NCBI GenBank assembly: GCA_977017575.1 | Contig: CDRNVI010000039.1 | Location: forward strand, 1-64,000 | DNA length: 64,000 nt | Direction: 5' to 3' | Origin: Paramoeba atlantica | Taxonomy: Eukaryota; Protista; Discosea | Part shown: positions 54,189-63,012 of the stretch, piece after piece | How positions within the stretch are numbered: the first letter of the stretch is position 1 | Layout of the letters: each line of letters opens with the position of its first letter | The notes under the pieces: model-generated | What the model was told of the DNA's origin: nothing | The model's input: only the letters and a program-made list of their open reading frames with translations | The model's database searches: none | Made by a program: the position numbers and the translations under genes

Positions 54189-55130
54189 ATGTCCACTCCA
54201 GAAATTTTACTCGCAGCCTACTCCAGTCAATTCCTCTCCACCGTGTTGTTCTACCCGTGGCGCGATCTCATGAATCTACCTGGGCGACTCGAATGGCGCA
54301 GACCAAAAGCCTTACACGCGAGTACCCCTCGAAACACGGCCACGGACCCTACGTTTTACACACGTCGGTGGAAAGGAATGATACGAAATCCGCAGCAGCC
54401 TGCCCTTATTGCCCTGTTTCCCACTGCGCTCTACTACTGTGTAATATCCGGCAGCTCCGTGACTCCCGAGCACACAACCGCACTCGTCGCATGGCTCGTC
54501 ACAGGCACCGTGACGCATGCCATTGGCACAACAGCACTGCCCATCCTCTCCCACCGTATGGCGGATACCGACCACAAAGGTCGGTTTATGTACGGCTCCC
54601 TCTCGCACTGTATAACGCAAAGCACCGCGCGCCTGGGGTACTGCAGCTGGCTCTCCGGGCTCTCCTTCCAGGTTCCCATCTCGTTTCTTGCGCACACCGT
54701 GCCGCTGTATCTGCTGTGTGCCTCCGAGAATGCCAAAGGAAGGGTGAAAACGCAAAAACGACAAAGACGCGGTAGCAACGTGTGGTGCACAACCGCGTGT
54801 TTCTTGAAAGACTGGTGTACGGGAACACTTTACAACGTCTATGGTGTCCTAGGGGCTACCCTGTTTAGGGTGATGCGCAACAGCACGACGAGAGGACAGT
54901 ACAATGTGATTCTGCCGCTCCCGGGGCATTGGGTGCGGTATGAGGCCCAGGCCTGGCGAGAGGCCACCCGCACGTTTCAGAGCTGTTGCCACCGCGATGG
55001 GGTGATTTCGTATTTGGTCCAACCTGGGGGGCCGAATTCGGTGCTGCGGGTGATGAGCAAGACGTCCCTCCCGTTTGGGTTCTCATGGGCCGTGTACCGA
55101 ACACTTGGAGGACCCACGAGTGTGTGGTGA
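54189..55130 (+). CDS. Highly degenerate mitochondrial-carrier-like protein (ADP/ATP-carrier-like spacing)
   Basis: 313 aa with three repeats: YPWRDL, RMADTD...YGSLSHCITQSTARLGYCSWLSG, CHRDGVISYL...PNSVLR; signature motifs eroded. Confidence 0.55.
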   Translation: MSTPEILLAAYSSQFLSTVLFYPWRDLMNLPGRLEWRRPKALHASTPRNTATDPTFYTRRWKGMIRNPQQPALIALFPTALYYCVISGSSVTPEHTTALVAWLVTGTVTHAIGTTALPILSHRMADTDHKGRFMYGSLSHCITQSTARLGYCSWLSGLSFQVPISFLAHTVPLYLLCASENAKGRVKTQKRQRRGSNVWCTTACFLKDWCTGTLYNVYGVLGATLFRVMRNSTTRGQYNVILPLPGHWVRYEAQAWREATRTFQSCCHRDGVISYLVQPGGPNSVLRVMSKTSLPFGFSWAVYRTLGGPTSVW

Positions 55131-55311
55131 AAACGAAGTTGTGGGTTCCCCTTTCAAAGGAACGTGCTCTTACCGTAACTGTGGAAGGTTATGGTGCTCT
55201 TGTGAGTTGTGTTTTGATTATAAAACAATAATTTGTGATTGCATGATTTGGTAGTCGAGTTTCTATTGTATTTGCGAAAAAATATCCTTCTATATTCGCA
55301 TTCTTTTGCCG

Positions 55312-56226
55312 ATGTTTTCGCTGATGACTTCTGGAATGTATACGGAAGACATCAGCATTTCGGAAATTTCTCGTGATTCATCCTCAAAGACACGTTCTGG
55401 AAGAGTCCAAGGTGCTGAGTTGCCTCCGGAATACGATCTGCAGCGGCTTGTACAATTTTTTGATAACGCTCAAGATTTGTGGGATATGGATGCACCAGCA
55501 AACGAGTGGTATGGAGTGACATGTACAAATACGGGGAAAATCTCTGTCATTGACTGGAAGTCATATGAATTGGGGGGAGTGTTGCGGAGTAAGTTCTTGC
55601 CTCGTTCCCTGGAGTTCCTCCATCTGACGGGAAACAGTTTTTCAGGAGAACTGGATTTGTCTGTACTTCCACCGTTAATTCAAGTGGTTTACCTTTCAGA
55701 CAACGCATTTACTGGGGGCCTAGACTTGGATCACTTACCAGCTTCGGTAGAATATTTAGATGTTCATGACAATCTCTTTCAAGGACGAATAAATCTCATG
55801 TCTCTTCCGCATTCCCTCATTTCTTTAAATTTGTCACACAATAAACTGTCAGGAGCTGTATCTCTTACCAGTCTTCCGCGTAAGCTAACTGATCTTGACC
55901 TTTCACGAAACTGGTTTTCTGACGAAATCGATCTAACGAATTTGCCAGCGGGATTAAGATGCCTGAGTCTTCACCATAATCGCTTTTCAGGTCGTCTTGA
56001 AATGACGAAGTTAGCCCCTCGACTGGACAGAATGCTCTTGGGCAGTAATTTATTCGAAGGATACACTGAGTTGACTAGTTTGCCGAAGAGTTTGGTAGAA
56101 CTTGATCTTAGCGACAATGAAGGATTAACGGGAGAGATTGATCAGAGACGAGTAGCCACGTTTTATTTAGGTTTAAGAATATCAGGCACGAAAGTAGCTG
56201 TTCGGGGGTATCAGTCACGAAGGTAG
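55312..56226 (+). CDS. LRR protein (family)
   Basis: RSGRVQGAELPPEYDL, WYGVTC, about nine LRRs. Confidence 0.9.
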   Translation: MFSLMTSGMYTEDISISEISRDSSSKTRSGRVQGAELPPEYDLQRLVQFFDNAQDLWDMDAPANEWYGVTCTNTGKISVIDWKSYELGGVLRSKFLPRSLEFLHLTGNSFSGELDLSVLPPLIQVVYLSDNAFTGGLDLDHLPASVEYLDVHDNLFQGRINLMSLPHSLISLNLSHNKLSGAVSLTSLPRKLTDLDLSRNWFSDEIDLTNLPAGLRCLSLHHNRFSGRLEMTKLAPRLDRMLLGSNLFEGYTELTSLPKSLVELDLSDNEGLTGEIDQRRVATFYLGLRISGTKVAVRGYQSRR

Positions 56227-56623
56227 GCACACCCCCTTTCATCAATAATGACCATTGAAACAAGATTTTCAGCTCGGGCTGTGAAAATTACTCAAAAATT
56301 ATCGAAAACAAATCATACTATCTTTTTGACGCGGGAGTTTTCCCGTGATCTCTTTAATCTTGTCTTGTTTTCCCCTTCGTAGACAAAGTATCATACACAG
56401 ATGTAAGCTTATTTCAGCTCTTCCCTTATTGCGTTCATAAATTGTCGCTGTGGTAGCTGTTTTGTCAAAAAGCGGTAATCGCGTTGTGTAAGTGCACGTA
56501 AGCTCGGTTTCGCAAATTGCTTCCCACTACCGATTCCGCGTATGGCTCAGGCCCTCTCACGCGGGCCCTCGCCATGCCCCCCTCCGGCTTCGTAAATTGT
56601 TTCCCACTAACGACTCCTTTTTG

Positions 56624-56700
56624 GCAAAACGGGCAGTGGGTTCGAACCAGCAACCAACGCACATTCTAATGTGTGGTATGTGCCACTGGACCAATCCGGC
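56624..56700 (-). ncRNA. Degenerate tRNA-like unit with Pol III A and B boxes
   Basis: A box TGGTCCAGTGG, B box GGTTCGAACCC, CACAT/ATGTG stem; acceptor and D stems do not pair fully. Confidence 0.5.
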
Positions 56701-56754
56701 CAGACATCGTGGACCCATGCTTCTCGGCTCCTCCCTACGTAGCCGTACGAAAAT

Positions 56755-56832
56755 ACCGTTAGTGGGAATCGAACCCAACCACCTTAGATATACATGTAGA
56801 GTCACTGGGCCTAACGACTAGGCTAATAACAC
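56755..56832 (-). ncRNA. Degenerate tRNA-like unit with Pol III A and B boxes
   Basis: D arm GCCT-AGTCGTT-AGGC, T arm TGGG-TTCGATT-CCCA; anticodon arm does not pair. Confidence 0.55.
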
Positions 56833-56971
56833 CGTAAAGAAAGAAGCAGAGGTTGTAAATAAATCTGGTTGTAATTAAATCTCAGAAAAAAAAATCATTA
56901 TCATTATTGTTAGAGAGTGTGTATTGCATCATCCATCAATCTTGAATGCGAACATTTGTACTTTGATATAC

Positions 56972-57585
56972 ACAGGGCGAAAACCTGTAGAGATACTGGG
57001 CTCAGCAGAGGTTGACGCAAAGGGCGCTCCCTGCTGAACCTGTCGCCTTCCTCTGCTACACCGAGAAAAGTACGGAATGTCCGCCGAGGGGGAACGAAAA
57101 GAACGGCTTCATCGGGTTAAGATGTCCCGATACGGGACGAGAGCGTAGTCCTGCCATACGAATTCGTAGGACGAGGATGGTACTCCCATCGTACATGCTA
57201 CAAATGACTTACATGGTTCATGATACAACATGGTCAAGGCCATGGATACATGCTGGCAAATGGAATGCCACGGTTCATGATGCATCATGGGCATCGGGGT
57301 CCCACCGAGTTCGCCTCGGCTGGTGAGCAAGGGAGGTGTCATAGAGCATCCTCTGCACGCATAGTGCGTAGAACACGCATACGACGTGTTCGCTAGCCGT
57401 GTGGGAATGAGACAAGGGAAGCGCACACCTACTTTATGATAAGAGGGACAGTTTCGATTCCAGCACCGTCCGGAAACGGGCACGTAAAAGTGTTCCCGTT
57501 TCTGGGAGAGAAAAGACGATCTAGAAAAATGTATCAACATGGTACAGAAACTGTATCCTTGAGTATTCACCGGGACACTTTCTCA
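56972..57585 (+). ncRNA. Candidate long structured ncRNA (unassigned)
   Basis: At least eight consecutive stems with G-U pairs favouring +; no convincing ORF; divergent from the tRNA-like unit. Confidence 0.45.
57521..57557 (-). ncRNA. Second spliced-leader-like relic
   Basis: GATACAGTTTCTGTACCATGTTGATACATTTTTCTAG on -; 34 positions match 8165-8202; donor GT is AT here. Confidence 0.65.
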
Positions 57586-57927
57586 AAATTACTTTACTGC
57601 ACTGTACCCTCAGAATAGTGTAACTCAGAGTCTCTGAGTTTCATAGTGCACAGTTCTTCTACGCTACGTATTACACTGACCCCTCTTAATAGTACGATGA
57701 GTAACCCCTATTTGAAAGTTCTTTTTCATCATCGACTCTTTTTTTGAGCCGCAAGTATTGCTGTGTAAGTCCGCCGGGTCACCAAAACTGACAGTGTCCG
57801 CATTTTGCCTCCCCACTTTCCCCCTGTATAGAGCGGCGGGTTTACCAAACGGCGCTATATGAGAAAGTATACATTTTCTACGAAATATCTTTTTTACATT
57901 TTATCAAGAGTTCAAAATACCGACGCG

Positions 57928-58518
57928 ATGTACGTGACATTGAATTTTGCAACTGAAGACTCCAGTTCAAAGCCTAATAAAGTACGAGGTACGGCCCTAC
58001 CGCAAGAATACGAACTTGAAGCTTTTACTAGAAATATGGCACCTCATCATGTAACGTGGAACACCCACATCCCCGCATGTCAGTGGAAAGGAGTAAAATG
58101 CGACGATGACACAGAAAGTATAGTGACGCATATATCATGGATTTATTATTCGCTAGTAGGTAACCCTCGATGGGAGCACATGCCAATAACCCTGACAGCG
58201 ATCTCTCTTCTAGCGAATCAACTTCAAGGATTGGTCTGTCTTCACCAGCTGCCTCTAGTGATGGCAAACTATAGTGTCTCATACAACTTATTTAATGGAC
58301 CACTCGACTTTTCCCAACTTCCATCTTCTCTCTATCGATTACAACTTGAGAATAATCAATTCTCGGGAAATATTGACCTTTCTTGTTTGCCGTTTGATCT
58401 TGTATCGCTGGGCTTAGCAGGCAATCCTATGCTTGTTGGAACAGTTCGAAAAAATAGTTTCCCCAAGAATTTGATGTACTTTACTTACAGTGAAACTAAC
58501 ATAACGGTAATAGCATAG
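57928..58518 (+). CDS. LRR protein (family)
   Basis: NKVRGTALPQEYEL, ACQWKGVKC, LRRs. Confidence 0.9.
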   Translation: MYVTLNFATEDSSSKPNKVRGTALPQEYELEAFTRNMAPHHVTWNTHIPACQWKGVKCDDDTESIVTHISWIYYSLVGNPRWEHMPITLTAISLLANQLQGLVCLHQLPLVMANYSVSYNLFNGPLDFSQLPSSLYRLQLENNQFSGNIDLSCLPFDLVSLGLAGNPMLVGTVRKNSFPKNLMYFTYSETNITVIA

Positions 58519-59171
58519 TCTAAAGATTTCAAAAACTGAAACAATAATCTTGTTAAAGTTTTCTTACTTCTGAAGAGAAAGGCCGAGTTCCGGAATTTTA
58601 AGTCGCTACTTCGAACTTCCTTCGAGAATTTTGCTTCATCCGAAGTTTCTCTCCGAGGACACCAAGCTGTGAACAGAAGACATAAAGCTGTGAGCTCACA
58701 AGCACTCTCAAGGACCACACAGCAACGAGTATGTATATGATAAATATTTTATTAAATATACGAGTATGAATATAACCACATAGCGACGAGTATAAATATG
58801 ATAAGTTATGATAAAAAAGCCAAAGTAGTTTTAAAAATATTCTTTTTACTTCAATGTTCAAATCAGTTGACCCCAATAAATATTGGTCCGACTTTTTTTC
58901 GAACTCGAAGGACCAAATTAAAAAAAGACAAATTTTCTGCTCGACCAATACCAAACAAAGGCAGATGTTTCAAAGAAAATGCAGAAATGAGCAAAAGTGC
59001 GGAAATTGATTCAGTTTCAACAAAGTTTATAAGAAAGGGATTCTCTCAATATTTTAGCTTATCGGGGGAAAGGAGGAGTTGACTCTAAGTTGCTTTTTTA
59101 ACAGCTGCACAAAAGTTCTTGCAGATTCCTTTGTTATTTTTATCATATTATTATTTTTGTATTATGAATTA

Positions 59172-60047
59172 ATGAGTTTTCGTACCTTCGTCGAAACGGG
59201 ATCCTCTTATGTAGAACTTTCGGTGCCTCAACCTTATCGAATACTGAGTGCAGGAGTAACATTACATGGGTACGCCGTGCTGACTGCATCATATCCACGC
59301 AGTACCACTACCTGGGTAGCAAAAACCACACCTCTTCATCGTGATGCACAGATATCACTACAAGTGATTGCTATAAAAGAATCTCATTTTTCTTTGTCTA
59401 CACACGTAGTAGAGAAAAAGGGCAAAGGTAACGTGATGTTGACCCTCCAGGAGGCGTCCGAAAAAGTTTGGCCTTCGACGGGTGAGGTACAAACCGGAAA
59501 AACAGACTCTTCGCTAGGGTTGCATGGCGCAGACATCCAAAGTGCTCATTCAGAACTCACTGAGTCTCCAACTGTTTCATCTTTGGTTGCACTCTGTGGA
59601 GGGTTTCAGATTACCCATTCCTGTGTCACGTCCTCCAGTGCTGTGTTTGACAACGCGAGTCTTACTCCCACGTCTGACTTCACACCCATGACCGGGTGGT
59701 GTGTCGATGCGGAGCACCCGGAGGCGGAGGTGAATTGTTATCTGCTCGTCGCGGAGGACTGCCCCTCCCACTCTATCAACGTAGGGGTAACCCCGCGAGG
59801 GGTGTGGCGGATACACATCGAGGGTGTCGGGGAGAGCGTGTCGTACTTTGGCTCCTGTAAGGGTCAAAACCCAATTGCCCGCAGCACGTTGCTCACCCCA
59901 CCGAGTGCGTATTCGGTTTCACACCCACGTAAAGCCACGCCGGCGTTGTGGAAGCTACACCGGCAGCCCCCACCTGTAGAAAAAATACGTGACATGTCGC
60001 TTGCGTACTGTAAAATGACGAAGCGAATGCCTGGGAGGTCCTCGTAG
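59172..60047 (+). CDS. Hypothetical protein (beta-rich)
   Basis: Long ORF on the cluster strand; no motif recognised. Confidence 0.6.
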   Translation: MSFRTFVETGSSYVELSVPQPYRILSAGVTLHGYAVLTASYPRSTTTWVAKTTPLHRDAQISLQVIAIKESHFSLSTHVVEKKGKGNVMLTLQEASEKVWPSTGEVQTGKTDSSLGLHGADIQSAHSELTESPTVSSLVALCGGFQITHSCVTSSSAVFDNASLTPTSDFTPMTGWCVDAEHPEAEVNCYLLVAEDCPSHSINVGVTPRGVWRIHIEGVGESVSYFGSCKGQNPIARSTLLTPPSAYSVSHPRKATPALWKLHRQPPPVEKIRDMSLAYCKMTKRMPGRSS

Positions 60048-60369
60048 ACGGCCCCACTAGGACACTTGCTGCGACTTAAAAATTCATATAGTACTATCAA
60101 TGTATACATTAAACTATATTCAGTAGTGCATATGGATCGCTGTACGTTCGTGGAAAGAGAGAAACTTGTAAAAATGTGGCAAAAATAGATGTGCATGGGA
60201 ATAAGAATCTTACTAAATCCTCCAAAAAACTAGAATTTCACATAACTCCATATGTTTAGTCTCATTTGTTTGAACAATGGAACACTCACAATGAATAAGC
60301 TTCGACGAATGTGCCTGTATTTTTCCTGAGTATCAAGGTTTGTATTTATAAAACGTATCCTTTGTTTGA

Positions 60370-61563
60370 ATGTTTGACGCCTTGTGGAAAAGGAAAAAAA
60401 GAACGCATTCCCCAGATAGAAGTCATGTGGGAGTCCTTTCGGAATATACCAAACCACACTTTGCATTGCCACAATCGCTGAATACAAGTGATAGTACTGC
60501 AACGCAACCCCTTTGGCAGACTCTGCGTCCGTCAGCACAATCATTCATGTCTGATACTACAGATATTTCACATCATGAGCGACTATACCGGCCTTCGGTG
60601 GTAAGAAATGGTGTTACACCACCTACGCCTAATATTGCTGGCATTGAAATTGACCCACCGACTCGTGGGAGTTCTCATTCGACGCAAGCAAGCAACATCC
60701 CGATGACACGGGAACAGACTTTTTCGCCATTACATCCTCATCATCGAATTACAGAGAAATCTTCAACCGCTAGACATGAAACAGTCCCATTTTTCAAAAC
60801 CACGTATGGAGAAGATTCGAAGACAGCTATGCGCACTTCCTCTGTTTTAGTTGATCGAGCGGACCCCTCGGCCTGTAACTATTGTATCGCTCCTCCATTA
60901 GTGGGTACCGATACTTCTACTATGAATCCTAACCAGGAAGGTGAACAGATAACGCCTATTACGTCAATGGGGGGAGAAATTCTTCATGCTTCATACCCAA
61001 GAGATCAGGAACCCGAACCATGTCCGTTGACTCCAGTATCACTTTCAGAAAGATACTTTCGATCGAATTTGTATCACAGGACCTCCCTTCGAAATTCTGT
61101 GCGTCAAAACGATGAAATGCCATCTCAGGAAGGATTCCATGATTGCTTTGATGCAGTCGAAGCTCTTCCCACTCCAGATTCTACTTCTATAGATTCTAGT
61201 ACTTTAGCCTCTTTAAACCAAGAATTTCACAAGGTTACCTCATCCATACATTCCGCGGTTCAGACAACGTTGAGCGTATATCTTCCCTATACGGAGGCGC
61301 TGGATCACCTGCAGAAAATACTTTTTGATAAGCAAAAATCCGACACTGGTCAAGAGTACCTTGCTCACCAGCGTAGTCGCGTTCGAGAATTACTTCGAGT
61401 TGTGGAACACCCCCCATCTGCTAGTACACTACTAACGGCACTACGTACTGCAACAGAGCAGGTTGAGGAGACGTTGCTACAAACACAGCAATCGCTTGCA
61501 CGCCAAAGAGCACTTTGTTTTCAAGAGGCTAATGCCGTGTTTTACGATCAGGACTTGGGATGA
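60370..61563 (+). CDS. Hypothetical protein, disordered N-terminus and coiled-coil C-terminus
   Basis: 397-aa ORF on the cluster strand. Confidence 0.7.
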   Translation: MFDALWKRKKRTHSPDRSHVGVLSEYTKPHFALPQSLNTSDSTATQPLWQTLRPSAQSFMSDTTDISHHERLYRPSVVRNGVTPPTPNIAGIEIDPPTRGSSHSTQASNIPMTREQTFSPLHPHHRITEKSSTARHETVPFFKTTYGEDSKTAMRTSSVLVDRADPSACNYCIAPPLVGTDTSTMNPNQEGEQITPITSMGGEILHASYPRDQEPEPCPLTPVSLSERYFRSNLYHRTSLRNSVRQNDEMPSQEGFHDCFDAVEALPTPDSTSIDSSTLASLNQEFHKVTSSIHSAVQTTLSVYLPYTEALDHLQKILFDKQKSDTGQEYLAHQRSRVRELLRVVEHPPSASTLLTALRTATEQVEETLLQTQQSLARQRALCFQEANAVFYDQDLG

Positions 61564-61935
61564 CTCTCGGTTAATCGAAACATAATATACCGTATCTCAT
61601 TTTACACCGTAAACGACACCCGATATTGACATCCGACTTGACAACACAACAAATTTACCTTTTTATTGCTGTGGGCATACATATTGAGTTTCATTTTTTT
61701 CTTTTACCATAAGTAATCTCGAAACCATCATCTCAAATTCCATTTTTAGCCATTTTCAATAAATTTTATTAAAACGTTCTTGTTTCTTCTCCTTCTCACC
61801 TCTTTCCAAAAAGAAAAAGGCGCAAAATCAAGGACACCATAATTGTATCCAAAAACCATTTGAGCACAACCTTTTACCCCAATCACCCTCCATTTACCCC
61901 CTTTACCCCACTTTTTCACACCACCCCCACCCTCC

Positions 61936-62715
61936 ATGTCCCTCTACCCCTCTCTCCCCCCCACCTCCGCCCTGGACGACCCCCTCCCCCCTCCCCCCCG
62001 CCTCGGCAAGATCCGCGGCGCCGCCCTCCCCCCCGAGTTCGACCTCGCCCACTTCACCCACGCCCTCACCAACCCCCACCCCAGCTGGACCACCCACACC
62101 CCCGCCTGCGACTGGGCCGGGGTCAAGTGCACCGAGGCCCGCGTCCTCTACTGGATCTGCTGGGAGCGCCGCGCCCTCCGCGGCCCCCTCCGCTGGTCCC
62201 ACCTCCCCGCCCCCACCCAGCGTCTCGACCTCGATGTCAACCGCCTGCACGGCCCCCTCGACACCGCAGCCCTCCCCGCCCCCCTCCAGGCCTTCAGCAC
62301 CCACGAGAACCAACTCACCGGGGCGCTCGCCCTCGAGGCCCTCCCCCCCGCGGTCACGGAGGTCTACCTCTCGGTGAACGGCTTCACCCACGGGGTCGAC
62401 CTCACGCGACTGCCGGGGGGGCTCCAGCGGCTCTACCTCTGGGGGAACCGACTCACCGGGACCCCGGCGCTCGGGGCGCTCCCGTGGGGGCTGCAGGAGC
62501 TGCTGCTGAACGACAACGCGTTCAGCGGGTGGGTGGGGGCGCTGGGGCGGGCGGGGGGGCTGCGGGAGGGGCTGTGGGGGCTGGACGTGAGTCGGAACCC
62601 CGGGCTGCGGGGGGAGGTGGTGGTGGGGAGCTGGCCGCGGTCGCTGCGGAGGTGTGAGTGGGGGGGGACGGGGATGGTGGTGGGGCAGAAGGAGGAGGAG
62701 GAGGGGGGAGGGTAG
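61936..62715 (+). CDS. LRR protein (family), extreme GC skew
   Basis: RLGKIRGAALPPEFDL, ACDWAGVKC, LRRs. Confidence 0.9.
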   Translation: MSLYPSLPPTSALDDPLPPPPRLGKIRGAALPPEFDLAHFTHALTNPHPSWTTHTPACDWAGVKCTEARVLYWICWERRALRGPLRWSHLPAPTQRLDLDVNRLHGPLDTAALPAPLQAFSTHENQLTGALALEALPPAVTEVYLSVNGFTHGVDLTRLPGGLQRLYLWGNRLTGTPALGALPWGLQELLLNDNAFSGWVGALGRAGGLREGLWGLDVSRNPGLRGEVVVGSWPRSLRRCEWGGTGMVVGQKEEEEGGG

Positions 62716-63012
62716 GGGGGGGGTCGGATTGTAGTTAGTAAAAACCAAGGTGGAGAGGAGGGAGAGGGGTAGATGTGTGCGACACGGGGGGGGGGGTAGA
62801 TGTAGTGTTTTGTGTAGGTAGTAATTATTTAGCTTTTTCTCATGCTTTAATAGAGGATGGTAAATCGAACACGTGTAGATACTCGAAAACGACGGTTCAC
62901 ACGTTTCTAATATTTCTTTGTTTCTTTGTTTCTTTGTTAGGTTCTTTGTTTCTATAAAGTTAGCATTATACAAGACTGATTCAGAAAGAAATCATATCTT
63001 CTCCACTTCAAC

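Noticed and set aside
56972-57585. Firm assignment as RNase MRP, telomerase RNA, 7SL or a U snRNA
   Set aside because: No bulged U in the P4-like helix, no telomere template, no SRP helix-8 motif and no match to remembered U2/U6/U3 sequences; kept only as an unassigned candidate.
57780-57806. 27-bp similarity to 11151-11177 (CAC-AAAACTGACA-GTCCGCATTTT)
   Set aside because: Probably a TIR scrap; no partner end or TSD can be defined.
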